Counted from the first letter of the stretch, positions 49,872 through 62,034 are shown. The stretch is DNA of 64,000 bases from Lysobacterales bacterium (GCA_022844165.1 JALHMH010000020.1:1-64000), one strand, 5' to 3'. Notes: generated from the letters alone by a model not told the origin. Numbers and translations: made by a program.

Positions 49872-50012
49872 ATCCGAGAACTAAGTCACGGACGCATTGT
49901 GGCGTAGCGCATTCACTCGCGAAGCCCAAACTTGCTCAACGAAACGCCGCACTTTCTCTGGTCCTTTCATGAACTCGTTGCCTCCAGACGACAGGCAGGC
50001 ATACTGGGCAAA

Positions 50013-50173
50013 CGCAGCAGTCGTCCCGAGTGTGGGGTAGTTCATCACTATCCACTGCGGGGATGCCCCGCGGCCTGGCTGTATGTTTCGGCAGTTGCAT
50101 GGCAGTGAAGCTCGTTTGCCTTTCGGCAAACCCACTTTCACCGCAATCGAAGACGTCGGGACGGCTGTCTGCG
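50013..50173 (+). ncRNA. Putative retron ncRNA (msr-msd)
   Basis: Terminal inverted repeat 50013-50029/50156-50173, unpaired G at 50030, two short hairpins (50032-50055, 50057-50071) and a long hairpin (~50095-50146), ending 20 nt before the RT start. Confidence 0.75.
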
Positions 50174-50192
50174 CTTTCGCTTCTGGAACGCC

Positions 50193-51242
50193 ATGATGCG
50201 CTTTGACCAACTGCCCGGATTCGAGTCGACGATTCACCTGGCGCAATGGCTCGGCCTGGCAATGGGCGAGATCGACTGGTTTGCAGATCGCTACAACAAT
50301 CTGGCACGAAACCACGTGGAACAGAGCCACCACTACCGATGGCATTGGCTACCCAAACGCCGCGGCGGCGTGCGTATGATTGAGGCACCCAAAGCCCGTC
50401 TGCGGCGTGTTCAACGGCGCATCCTGGATCGGATTTTGCACCTCGTGCCATTGTCGGAAGCAGCCTGTGGATTCGTCCGCGGGCGATCATGCCTGGACCA
50501 TGCCCGGCGCCATGTTGGAGCAATCTGGCTGGTGACGACGGATCTTAGCGACTGGTTCGGCCGCATCGACGGTGCGCGCGTGTTCGCGCAATTTCGTTGG
50601 CTGGGCTATCCGCCAGCCGTGGCCGTTGCACTCACTGGCCTTTGTACGACGCGCGTGCCAGCTGCGCTCATTGCGCAAGCAGCGCCCGGCGATCGACTGT
50701 GGCTGCGCTCACCCCACTTGCCGCAAGGTGCGCCCACCTCGCCCAGTCTGGCCAACCTGGTGACCTCTCGGCTGGATCGGCGCCTGAGCGCCTACGCTGC
50801 GGCGGAAAACCTGCGCTATTCGCGATACGCTGATGATCTTGCGCTTTCGCCGCAGCATGGCGCAAATGCGCCACCTCCAGACCGCGTCATTGATGCTGTC
50901 ACGCGCATTGCTCGCAGCGAACGCTTCGTCATAAACACAGCCAAAACCCACATACGCAGGCAATGTGACTCGATGCGCATCTGCGGCAGCATCGTTAACG
51001 CCAGACTTAACTCAACCCGGGTCGAATACGATCGCCTGCGCGCCGCAGTACATCGCCACGTTCATGGGAACCCAGAGCCGGATCTCAACAAGTTGCTGGG
51101 TCAGCTGACATGGCTTGCCCAGCGAAACCCCAGACGCGCCGAGCGGCTGCGAGAGAAGTTGAAGCGTGAGGCGGGTCCGGGTTCCGACGAGTTGGAGCCA
51201 CAGATAGACCGGCTCACATGCAGCAGCGCAAACAACGGCTGA
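50193..51242 (+). CDS. Retron-type reverse transcriptase
   Basis: PKRRGGVRMIEAP, DHARRH (NAxxH-like region X), LPQGAPTSPSLAN, YSRYADD, ICGSIVN (VTG-like region Y). Confidence 0.9.
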   Translation: MMRFDQLPGFESTIHLAQWLGLAMGEIDWFADRYNNLARNHVEQSHHYRWHWLPKRRGGVRMIEAPKARLRRVQRRILDRILHLVPLSEAACGFVRGRSCLDHARRHVGAIWLVTTDLSDWFGRIDGARVFAQFRWLGYPPAVAVALTGLCTTRVPAALIAQAAPGDRLWLRSPHLPQGAPTSPSLANLVTSRLDRRLSAYAAAENLRYSRYADDLALSPQHGANAPPPDRVIDAVTRIARSERFVINTAKTHIRRQCDSMRICGSIVNARLNSTRVEYDRLRAAVHRHVHGNPEPDLNKLLGQLTWLAQRNPRRAERLREKLKREAGPGSDELEPQIDRLTCSSANNG

Positions 51243-51269
51243 GTATCAGAACAGGTTTTGCCTGCTTGT

Positions 51270-51346
51270 TGGTAGCGGGGGCAGGATTTGAACCTGCGAC
51301 CTTCGGGTTATGAGCCCGACGAGCTGCCTGACTGCTCCACCCCGCA
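51270..51346 (-). tRNA. Initiator tRNA-Met (CAT)
   Basis: TGCGGGGTGGAGCAG...TCGGGCTCATAACCCGA...GGTTCAAATCC...CCCCGCTACCA; three GC pairs in the anticodon stem, 1:72 mismatch. Confidence 0.96.
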
Positions 51347-51360
51347 CCGGTAAGCCCGCA

Positions 51361-51389
51361 ACTTTAGCGAACACTCGCGGAGAACGCAA
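51361..51389 (-). promoter_or_regulatory. Putative sigma70 promoter of tRNA-Met
   Basis: Minus strand TTGCGT-17 nt-TAAAGT followed by a GC-rich discriminator. Confidence 0.55.
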
Positions 51390-51435
51390 GTCAAAATTTT
51401 GGCGAATCGCCAGCAGTTCCACTCATCTCCAGAGC

Positions 51436-51483
51436 ACTGTCGAACGCAGCCAACAATGCGCGGCGGCCTGCGGCGAAGCCTCG
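51436..51483 (+). repeat. Dispersed intergenic repeat, copy 3
   Basis: actgtcgaacgcagccaacaatgcgcggcggcctgcggcgaagcctcg. Confidence 0.7.
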
Positions 51484-51575
51484 TCGGCCGGTTGAAAAGT
51501 CGGCACCTGTGGCAATCATCGTGGCGACATTTGGTCTTGTTATGCTCCAGGCTACTTCGTTAGTGAGTCTCGCCC

Positions 51576-52466
51576 ATGAGCGCTCGGTTACGCACCGTTG
51601 TTTTTCCCGTTGCAGGACTCGGAACCCGGTTTCTACCGGCGACCAAAGTGGTACCGAAGGAACTACTGCCGATCATGGATCGGCCACTGATCCAATGGGC
51701 GGCGGACGAGGCGATCGCCGCAGGCGCGGACACGCTGGTGTTTGTCGTGAATCGCAACAAACGAGCGATCAACGACCACTTTGACATGGCGTTCGAACTT
51801 GAATCGAGGTTGGCGAGCAGCGGCAAGACCGAGCATTTGAAAATGGTGCGGGAAACTCTGCCGGCGCATGTGCGTCCGGTGTTTGTTTTGCAGCCAGAAG
51901 CGCGTGGACTCGGACACGCCGTTTTGTGCGCCAGGCCAGCCGTCGCCAATGGTCCCTTCGGCGTAATTTTGCCCGACGACTTTATCTTGAATCGCAATGG
52001 CCCCGGCGCGCTGGCGCAGATGGCTGCTGTTCAAGCCGAGCACGGCGGCAGCGTGATCGCCGTCGAGCCCGTCGAATGGAAGGACACATCGCGCTACGGC
52101 ATCGTCTCGGGCTCACAAGTCAATCGTCAGCTGATGAGGATTGATACGATCGTCGAAAAACCCAGGCCTGATGTAGCGCCAAGTAACCTGGGCGTTGTCG
52201 GACGATATGTGCTCGATCACCACATTTTCGATTTGTTGGAGCGCACCAATCCCGGCGCAGGCGGAGAAATCCAGCTCACAGACGCCATCGCTGCACTGCT
52301 GAAAGAACAGCCGGCGTACGCGTATCGCTTCGATGGCGTGCGCTACGACTGTGGAAACAAACTAGGTTACGTGCAGGCGACCCTTCGCTGTGCGCTAGAC
52401 GACGAGGAAATCGGCGACGAATTGCGCCGTACACTGGAGAACTGGCTGGCGCCGAGTGTGGCTTGA
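51576..52466 (+). CDS. galU: UTP--glucose-1-phosphate uridylyltransferase
   Basis: PVAGLGTRFLPATK, GLGHA, VEKP, GGEIQLTDAI, YDCG. Confidence 0.96.
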   Translation: MSARLRTVVFPVAGLGTRFLPATKVVPKELLPIMDRPLIQWAADEAIAAGADTLVFVVNRNKRAINDHFDMAFELESRLASSGKTEHLKMVRETLPAHVRPVFVLQPEARGLGHAVLCARPAVANGPFGVILPDDFILNRNGPGALAQMAAVQAEHGGSVIAVEPVEWKDTSRYGIVSGSQVNRQLMRIDTIVEKPRPDVAPSNLGVVGRYVLDHHIFDLLERTNPGAGGEIQLTDAIAALLKEQPAYAYRFDGVRYDCGNKLGYVQATLRCALDDEEIGDELRRTLENWLAPSVA

Positions 52467-52563
52467 GCGTTGGCGATACGGACCATCGACGTGAGTGAGT
52501 CGTCGCAGTCAGGCATGCCAACTGACGTTGGCGCCAGATGCGTCTCGCCACGTTCGTCGCAGG

Positions 52564-53925
52564 TCAGGTGACAGGGGATCGTTCCAGCGAATCGACGATA
52601 TCGGAGCGGTATTGCCAGAGCTTGCCTTCGCTCTTATGCAACATTTGCGCGCGGATCTTCGCGGACCCCAGCACCCGGTTCAGTCGCGCGATTGTTTCGT
52701 CGAGATCGAATCCCGGCCCAGGCTGAACAGTGAAATCGAGATCGCCGTCGACTCGTTGGTGCAGCGAGAACTGGGCGATCGGCAAGTCGGCGAGTGCATG
52801 GGTGATGTCAATGTTGTTGAGGAAACTGCCATTGGCTCTGCGAATTCGAACAGGTTGCCGACCAAGCAGTCGGCGAAGCACAAATTCTCCGCCAACGCGC
52901 TCCAAAGTCGCCGTATCTCCGGTGCGGTATCTCACCAAGGGCAAGTAGTCGTTGAAGCCACCGGTCAGCACAACATCGCCTGCCTCGCCAATTCCTGGCG
53001 GCCGATTGTTCGCATCCAAAATCTCGACCACCAGCTCTGGCTGCAGCAACATGTGACCATCCACTGAGTTCTCGTACGCGGCGATCGGTCCGGCCTCATT
53101 GAGTGAATACACATCGGCGACAACGCACTTGAAGCGCGCTTCCAGCGCGTGGCGCAAACCTGGCAACAGTTGCATGGACGTGCTCAAAAGTATCTTGGGC
53201 CGGTGTTCGAACTCGATCTCCAGCAGCACAGCGAGGGACAGCGGATCGCCTGCAATTACCTCCGGCGCCAGCGCGTCGATGTAAGCGCCGCGGTCGCTCA
53301 AGTGACGCCAATCAACCGGATGCAGATTGATCTTGGCTAATCCACAATCATCGCGATAAGGGGTGACGGAGGTGTAGGTAAAACACTTCTGCTGCCAGCC
53401 AATCAGCAGTACGCCCACTTGCCCACGACCCGCGGTTAACTCGACGCCCAGTCGTCGATACGCCCGTTGGTGGTAACTCAAGTAGCGAGCGGCCACCACT
53501 GGATGCGAGGGCAGAAGGAGCGGGTGTCCGGTACTGCCGGTGGTACGGAAGTTGATGACGCGGTCGAGCGACAGGTCATCTGGAACGAATGCCGCGATAT
53601 CTGCCGCAAAATTGGCGCGCGACGTGGTGGGCCAATCGCCAAGTTCATCGCTGCCGGGTGCGTGCAAGCGCCAATACGGCACCTGTTCCCGCACACGTTT
53701 CAGAAACGCAGGCAGCCAAGCTGCGAAGTGCGGTCGTGGTTCGATATCGGCGCATCGCACGCGCTCGCTATGTTGGCGCACGGCATCCACTTCCATCGGC
53801 AGCAGGCGATGCCCACTGTGATTGCGAAACAACGGCGCCGCGGGATGTTCGCGCATTCGCTTCAGCAATTCCGCGCCGTGCGCCGTGAGTCCTGGATGCC
53901 GGTCGTCGTGTGTTGGGTTCTGCAC
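52564..53925 (-). CDS. Phenylacetate-CoA ligase/CapK-like adenylate-forming protein
   Basis: TTGSTGHP P-loop, YSLNEAGPIA, LVRYRTGD, GRQ; GTG start just after the upstream stop. Confidence 0.8.
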   Translation of the reverse strand: MQNPTHDDRHPGLTAHGAELLKRMREHPAAPLFRNHSGHRLLPMEVDAVRQHSERVRCADIEPRPHFAAWLPAFLKRVREQVPYWRLHAPGSDELGDWPTTSRANFAADIAAFVPDDLSLDRVINFRTTGSTGHPLLLPSHPVVAARYLSYHQRAYRRLGVELTAGRGQVGVLLIGWQQKCFTYTSVTPYRDDCGLAKINLHPVDWRHLSDRGAYIDALAPEVIAGDPLSLAVLLEIEFEHRPKILLSTSMQLLPGLRHALEARFKCVVADVYSLNEAGPIAAYENSVDGHMLLQPELVVEILDANNRPPGIGEAGDVVLTGGFNDYLPLVRYRTGDTATLERVGGEFVLRRLLGRQPVRIRRANGSFLNNIDITHALADLPIAQFSLHQRVDGDLDFTVQPGPGFDLDETIARLNRVLGSAKIRAQMLHKSEGKLWQYRSDIVDSLERSPVT

Positions 53926-53929
53926 TACC

Positions 53930-54505
53930 CTACTCCCGCGACCACTTGTCAGCCGATTCTTCCGCTGCCTTGCGCGCCAGAGCCTCGCGGATTGCACGAG
54001 CGCGCTGTTCCGCCGCGCGACTTGCGTCGACAAGACGCGCGCGCTCCATCGTGCTGACAGCCAGCCATCGATCGCGTGCCTGCACCAGGCTCTCGCCAGC
54101 CGGACGCTGACCCAGGGCCATGAGCGTCAACCGCGCCAACTCCTCGCGACGCTCGTCGTCGGCGATGACAGCTTCGGCGCTCAAATGAACGGCGAGTTCT
54201 CGAGCGCGGATCAGCAGCAGCGCCAGGAGCGCGTTCGGGTCATTCGGCCACTGCAATTGCGGCTCGACCAACAACCAACAGATCAACAATGCCAGGCGTG
54301 GATGTTCACGAGGCGAGATCGGACTAGACAATGCAGCCAGCGCGGTGATCGGCACGTCGATTCCGCGGGAGGACAATACGTCTCTTGCAATTGCATCGAC
54401 ATGGACCAGCCCAGCAGCACCAATGCGCGGCATCGCCAGAAAATCCGCTGGCGCTTCCGCGATGCGGCGGGTCAACAACGGTAGCGGCGCTCCCTCAATG
54501 TCCAT
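53930..54505 (-). CDS. Hypothetical helical protein
   Basis: Overlaps the radical SAM stop; DDERREELARL, RPAGES, C-terminal charged helix. Confidence 0.75.
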   Translation of the reverse strand: MDIEGAPLPLLTRRIAEAPADFLAMPRIGAAGLVHVDAIARDVLSSRGIDVPITALAALSSPISPREHPRLALLICWLLVEPQLQWPNDPNALLALLLIRARELAVHLSAEAVIADDERREELARLTLMALGQRPAGESLVQARDRWLAVSTMERARLVDASRAAEQRARAIREALARKAAEESADKWSRE

Positions 54506-55439
54506 CCGAACCAGGCGCACAGGAAAATGCAAACTTACCCGCAACTTGCGTACTTGGGCAATCCTCACAAACGGCGCTGCGCCGATGACGCTGCATGTTG
54601 CGCCAAGTCATCGCCAATGTGCCGCGCTCAATCTGGGCGACCGGCACACCGTAATCGTCCAGGGTAAATGCGCAGGGCGCAACCCGCCCGAGTTCGTCGA
54701 TGAACCAAAGTACCGAGCCGGGCGCGCAGTCTGCGACCGGGTGCGGAATGCCGCTGGCAGCATCGCGCAACCGCGCAACATAGGCGTCTGTGCCAACAAG
54801 TCGCCCACCGGCGCACTTGATCTCTTCGCGGAGGGCCGGCAAGGTTGCGGCGAACTCGATCAGGTCAGAAGGACGCAGTCGTTCTTCGGCTGAAAAATCC
54901 GGCCGATCTCGCCATCCGAGTGCGTTGAAGGTCACTTCGTCGACGCCCGCCGAAACCAAAACCCGACAAAGTTCAGAGAAGGCGCCGATAGCGCTGCGCA
55001 TCAAGACCACGTTGATCCGCAATAGCGGCCTGGCCCTTTCCGCTGCCAACGATGTGATGCCGTCGAGCAACTTTTTCGTGCCGCCCGGCCAACCGCGCAG
55101 CTGGTCGTGCAGACCATCGATCGCGTCCAGGCTGATCGTCAGTTCGTCGAGAGCCAACAGGCATGTGCGCATCGCGGCCAGCCGCGTGCCGTTGGTGGTC
55201 AGACTGACGCGCAGTCCTTTTGATTTCGCATAGGCAGAAGCGGGCGCCAACGGCGGCCACAGCGTCGGCTCTCCGCCAATCCAGCTCAAATGCGTTGCAC
55301 CACCCTCAGCCAGCCGATCGATCGTCGCAACCGCGGTCGCGTACGAGACATGCGCCCTGGATTTTGGCAATCGTCGGTCGTATGCGCAGAAGCCACATGC
55401 CAGATTGCAGCGCGTATCGATGCGCCAGAGGGCGATCAT
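54495..55439 (-). CDS. Radical SAM protein with Cys-rich C-terminal (SPASM/Twitch-like) domain
   Basis: CNLACGFC, IGGEP, TTNG; C...GRVAPC...CEDC. Confidence 0.9.
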   Translation of the reverse strand: MIALWRIDTRCNLACGFCAYDRRLPKSRAHVSYATAVATIDRLAEGGATHLSWIGGEPTLWPPLAPASAYAKSKGLRVSLTTNGTRLAAMRTCLLALDELTISLDAIDGLHDQLRGWPGGTKKLLDGITSLAAERARPLLRINVVLMRSAIGAFSELCRVLVSAGVDEVTFNALGWRDRPDFSAEERLRPSDLIEFAATLPALREEIKCAGGRLVGTDAYVARLRDAASGIPHPVADCAPGSVLWFIDELGRVAPCAFTLDDYGVPVAQIERGTLAMTWRNMQRHRRSAVCEDCPSTQVAGKFAFSCAPGSDGH

Positions 55440-57202
55440 ATGTCCGATATCACATCGTGACCTTGATAGTGCCGATTCGAGAACACGCGAGCAAAAGCAA
55501 GCAAGTCCTCAAGGCTTGTTAGGGCCGCAATCTGCCAGCCTTGCTCATCGCGTGCGCGCTTGATCCAATTCAACGCCGCCCAGTCCAGACTCTCCCAGCC
55601 GTCGGGCAGATTCAGCGCCAGGGTTCCGCCCCCGCCGGCATCGAGCAGCGCCTGGCGGCAAACATCGAGGCCGCTGTGGCCCTTCTCGTCGGGGCTGTCG
55701 AACATCGTTGAAGCGCCATCGTCCGACACCACCAGGATGTGGGTTGGCCGCAATAACTTCTTCCGCCCCGAATGCAAATCGCGCAGCAGCGGTAATGGGA
55801 ACTGCGTGCCGCCGCCGAAATAGCCGACCAGCACCCGCAGACAATCGCGAGCGTCGCGCACAAATCCATTCGTACTGGCGACGCTTTTCTTATCGCTCCA
55901 AAGATGCACCGCGACCCGGGCACCAGCACGTAGCGCCGACAAACAGATCACCGCACCGGCCAACGCCGGCCAGGAGATGACAACTCGGGGGTCCGGCATC
56001 GAACCGGAGCTGTCGACATACAGATCCAGGTCCAATGGTAATGCGGAATTGTGCTGTCCCTGTACCGTGCCAAACACTCTTTTGACCAGCGTCATTCCCG
56101 CAATCGGCGTTGGACTCTTCAGCAGCGATTCGCGCCAGTCGATCGCTGCAATCGGATCGCCGATCTCCCACAGTTCTGTACCCTCCATCAGCGGTTCGAT
56201 CGACTCGGGCAGACGCATCGTAGGAAACGGCACGAGATACGGACGGGCAAGCTCCTCGTAATAGCGGATCGCCGCCTCTTCGGGCGACAACCGCAGACCG
56301 GCCAGACGCAGAATCTCACCAAATTCGTAAGGCGTGCGCGTCTGACCGCGACCGGATGTGGGAGTGGGCTTTGCTGTCTCACCAATGTCATCGCGATCGC
56401 GAGAAATACCCGAGAGCGTCTCATCGAAGGCCGGATGCACGATGTCAGCGGCATCGATTTCTGTCAGCCCCTGTGGATCGCCACCGAGACCTGCATCGCG
56501 CGTATCGTGCCAATGCGCCAGGCTCGCAGCGCTCTTGGATTCGAGCAGGTACGGCAGCGCCAGTACACCGTAGCGCGACACACCATCCAGCCAGTGTTGA
56601 CTGTAGTGTCGCACCAGTCGCGCGGCGAGGCGAGCGTCTCCTTCCAACGTTTCGTGGTCCATCTTTGCAACCAATTCGCCGGAAGTCATCGCCCACAGTA
56701 ACTCATATGTCCGCTGATAAAACTGCCACAACGAACTGATCTCGACGGGCGCCACGCTTTGCGTCAGACGGCGCATCAGATCAGCCATGCGCAGGCCCGC
56801 GCTGCGCTGCAATCGATCGTTGATCAGCAAGTCAGTGTAAAGATTGCAGATCATCGGTGCCGACGCCTCAACGGTTGGCAGCGCCCGTCGCATGCGCGCC
56901 AGTGAACGCGTATGTTCGGTAACCGACGCTGGCGCGTACACATGGTGACCAATCTCGTGCGCGAGTATTTCCAATGCAAAATCCGTGATGCGCAGTTGCT
57001 CGACCGTTTCCAGATCGATCACCACGGTTTGATCGACCAACCGGATCATTGCAAAACTGCCCTGCAATCCTTCCTTGGCAGCATCAATGCGAAATTCGCA
57101 CAGAAGCGGGAATCGCAGGCGCGTGTATCGCGACCAAGCGCTCAGTGCGTTGGGCCAGGCAGCTTTCCAGAGTTCGATTGCGCTCACGTTTGTCGGATTC
57201 AA
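55436..57202 (-). CDS. HExxH metallopeptidase-like + VWA domain protein
   Basis: AHEIGHH; MIDAS DSSGS, GGGT, VVSDD. Confidence 0.85.
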   Translation of the reverse strand: MNPTNVSAIELWKAAWPNALSAWSRYTRLRFPLLCEFRIDAAKEGLQGSFAMIRLVDQTVVIDLETVEQLRITDFALEILAHEIGHHVYAPASVTEHTRSLARMRRALPTVEASAPMICNLYTDLLINDRLQRSAGLRMADLMRRLTQSVAPVEISSLWQFYQRTYELLWAMTSGELVAKMDHETLEGDARLAARLVRHYSQHWLDGVSRYGVLALPYLLESKSAASLAHWHDTRDAGLGGDPQGLTEIDAADIVHPAFDETLSGISRDRDDIGETAKPTPTSGRGQTRTPYEFGEILRLAGLRLSPEEAAIRYYEELARPYLVPFPTMRLPESIEPLMEGTELWEIGDPIAAIDWRESLLKSPTPIAGMTLVKRVFGTVQGQHNSALPLDLDLYVDSSGSMPDPRVVISWPALAGAVICLSALRAGARVAVHLWSDKKSVASTNGFVRDARDCLRVLVGYFGGGTQFPLPLLRDLHSGRKKLLRPTHILVVSDDGASTMFDSPDEKGHSGLDVCRQALLDAGGGGTLALNLPDGWESLDWAALNWIKRARDEQGWQIAALTSLEDLLAFARVFSNRHYQGHDVISDI

Positions 57203-57330
57203 CGGTGGGCTGCAAGACGAAACCTAGCGAGGCTTCGCCTCGGACCGCCGAGCATTGTTGGCTTCGCTCGGCAGCGTACTTGCCACAACCCTGCGCGCTG
57301 CCGCTTCGAAGAAAGTCTGACTCATTTGTC
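57203..57330 (-). repeat. Dispersed intergenic repeat, copy 4 (long form)
   Basis: Minus strand gacaaatgagtc...tgtggcaagtacgctgccgagcgaagccaacaatgctcggcggtccgaggcgaagcctcg...ttgcagcccacc. Confidence 0.85.
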
Positions 57331-57430
57331 CAGATCCCGCTCGGCCAAGGACTCTAGAGTAAACCACGTCGCCACCGCATTCACGAATCGCCACCTATAA
57401 TCTGCGCCATCGTCAATCGAGACTTCGACA

Positions 57431-58618
57431 ATGGCCGACGGCAATAACAAACCCGCCCCCCTGGACCCGAGCGATCTTTACAACGTGCGCGCCTTGCTTT
57501 CGGATGAAGAACGCATGGTGCAAGACACGGTGGCACGCTTCACCGATGAGCGTGTGTTGCCGATCATCGGTCGCTGCTTCGACGAGCACCGCTTTCCTTC
57601 CGAGCTGATTCCAGAAATTGCAGAGCTGGGTTTGTTGGGATCCAGCCTTCCGGAAGAATACGGTTGCGCCAACATGAGTGGCGTCATGTACGGCTTGATT
57701 TGCCAGGAATTGGAGCGCGGCGACTCAGGTATCCGCAGCTTCGTTTCTGTGCAATCAAGCCTGTGCATGTATCCAATCTTCGCGTTTGGCAGCGAAGAGC
57801 AGCGCAGGCACTATCTGCCGCGCATGGCGAAGGGCGAATTGATCGGCTGCTTTGGTCTCACGGAACCGCACGGCGGTTCGGACCCGGGCAACATGAAGAC
57901 CCACGCCAGGCGCGACGGCGGCAACTGGGTCATCAATGGCTCAAAAATGTGGATCACCAACGGCGGCGTCGCTGGCGTCGCCATCGTCTGGGCAATGACC
58001 GAAGAGGGCATCCAGGGCTTTTTGATCGATCGCGGAACGCCGGGATTCAGTACCCAGGATATCGAACGCAAGATGAGTTTGCGGGCGTCCATCACCAGCG
58101 CACTGTTCTTCGATTCCGTGCGCATACCGGACACACAGCGCCTGCCGAATGTGCGCGGCCTCAAAGGCCCACTTTCGTGCCTGACTCAGGCCCGTTATGG
58201 CATCACCTGGGGTCCGATCGGCGCCGCAATCGCCTGCTATCGCGAAGCCTTGGAATACGCCAAAACACGCATCATCTTTGGTAAGCCAATCGCCGGCACT
58301 CAAGCTGTGCAAATGAAACTGGCAGACATGGCGCGCCGCATTACCATGGCGCAGTTACTGTCGCTGCAACTAGGACGTCTGAAGGATGCCGGGCAGATGC
58401 ACCCCACGCAGGTCAGTCTGGCCAAATGGAACAATGTGCGTATGGCCATCGACATCGCCCGCGAAGCGCGAGACATCATGGGCGGCGCCGGAATCACCGT
58501 CGAACATTGTCCGATTCGCCATGCGCTGAACTTAGAAAGCGTGATTACTTACGAAGGCACGGAAACCGTCCACCAGCTGGTGGTCGGTCGCGAAATCACG
58601 GGCATCAACGCGTTTTAG
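57431..58618 (+). CDS. gcdH: Acyl-CoA dehydrogenase (glutaryl-CoA dehydrogenase-like)
   Basis: GCFGLTEPHGGSDP, KMWITNG, LESVITYEGT. Confidence 0.85.
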   Translation: MADGNNKPAPLDPSDLYNVRALLSDEERMVQDTVARFTDERVLPIIGRCFDEHRFPSELIPEIAELGLLGSSLPEEYGCANMSGVMYGLICQELERGDSGIRSFVSVQSSLCMYPIFAFGSEEQRRHYLPRMAKGELIGCFGLTEPHGGSDPGNMKTHARRDGGNWVINGSKMWITNGGVAGVAIVWAMTEEGIQGFLIDRGTPGFSTQDIERKMSLRASITSALFFDSVRIPDTQRLPNVRGLKGPLSCLTQARYGITWGPIGAAIACYREALEYAKTRIIFGKPIAGTQAVQMKLADMARRITMAQLLSLQLGRLKDAGQMHPTQVSLAKWNNVRMAIDIAREARDIMGGAGITVEHCPIRHALNLESVITYEGTETVHQLVVGREITGINAF

Positions 58619-58629
58619 CCGTGCAAAAG

Positions 58630-58657
58630 CACGAAGCCCGCAAGTGCGGGCCTCGTG
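58630..58657. terminator. Hairpin between convergent genes
   Basis: cacgaagcccgc/gcgggcctcgtg imperfect stem. Confidence 0.55.
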
Positions 58658-58683
58658 AGCTTCGATAGCTTACCAGCGACATA

Positions 58684-59544
58684 TCAGTCGCCGAACATGC
58701 CACGCATCTTCTTGAACGCCGCAGATTCGATCTGGCGAATGCGCTCGGCCGACACCTTGTACTCGGCCGCCAGGTCCTGCAGTGTGGCCTTGGGTTCGGC
58801 GAGCCATCGGCGGGTGACAATGTCGCGACTACGCTGATCCAGTTGCTCCAGGCTGTCGGCCAACACATCTAACTGGCGATCGCTTGAGGTCTCGCTTTCC
58901 AAGCTCTCGTACGGATTTGCGCTTTGATCGACCAGAAATGCGATCGGCGCGGGTTTGCCTTCGGTATCGTCATCCGCGGGTGCATCGAACGCCACATCCT
59001 GGCCCTGCAAGCGCGCTTCCATCTCGACGACGGTTTGCGGATCGACACCCAGGTCCTTGGCCACGGCCTGCACTTCCTGCGCATTCATCCATCCCAGGCG
59101 CTTTTTCGCGCGGCGCAGATTGAAGAACAGCTTACGCTGCGCTTTGGTCGTCGCAACCTTGACGATGCGCCAGTTCTTGAGGATGAACTCGTGTATCTCG
59201 GCGCGAATCCAGTGCACCGCGAAGGACACCAGACGCACGCCCATATCGGGATCGAAGCGCTTGACTGCCTTCATCAGTCCGATGTTGCCTTCCTGAATCA
59301 GGTCAGAGATGCCCAACCCGTAACCGGCGTAACCTCGCGCAACATGCACGACGAACCGCAAGTGCGACATGACCAGCTGGCGAGCGGCCTCAAGATCAGT
59401 CTCCTCGCGGAATCGCCGAGCCAATTCCTGCTCGTCCTCAACCTCCAGCACCGGGATGCGATTGACGGTGCCGATGTAAGCATCAAGACTGCCAACATTG
59501 CCCAAGATCGGCAGATTGTTGGCCACCAAAGCCTGCGTGGTCAT
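58684..59544 (-). CDS. rpoH: RNA polymerase sigma-32 factor
   Basis: RpoH box QRKLFFNLR, DLIQEGNIGLMKAV, SAERIRQIE. Confidence 0.97.
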   Translation of the reverse strand: MTTQALVANNLPILGNVGSLDAYIGTVNRIPVLEVEDEQELARRFREETDLEAARQLVMSHLRFVVHVARGYAGYGLGISDLIQEGNIGLMKAVKRFDPDMGVRLVSFAVHWIRAEIHEFILKNWRIVKVATTKAQRKLFFNLRRAKKRLGWMNAQEVQAVAKDLGVDPQTVVEMEARLQGQDVAFDAPADDDTEGKPAPIAFLVDQSANPYESLESETSSDRQLDVLADSLEQLDQRSRDIVTRRWLAEPKATLQDLAAEYKVSAERIRQIESAAFKKMRGMFGD

Positions 59545-59606
59545 CGATAAATCCTCAATTTGGTAGGGCTCACGGCCATTGCCGGTCCCAGATGAATCGA
59601 TTTTAG

Positions 59607-61880
<2,274 letters not shown>

Positions 61881-62034
61881 GCTCACATGTGAACGATCCA
61901 AATTCGAAATCGCGGCAGCACGCCAGCAATGGCGGTATTCGTGCCCTTCGTGGGAACCAACACCGCCGCGTGCCACTTGCCCCACTGCGGCGCAATCCCC
62001 AGAATCCGCGACCTGATTTCGCTTTGCCCCTACA

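Noticed and set aside
49969-50040. 23-aa ORF (MNSLPPDDRQAYWANAAVVPSVG) as a retron effector
   Set aside because: No RBS, overlaps the ncRNA stem, no toxin-like features; cannot be supported
50193-51242. Group II intron or DGR reverse transcriptase
   Set aside because: Short RT with retron-like region X/Y motifs; no maturase/endonuclease domain, intron domain V, TR/VR repeat pair or avd gene seen
49872-51346. Retron as part of an island integrated at tRNA-Met
   Set aside because: No duplicated tRNA 3' end and no integrase found nearby
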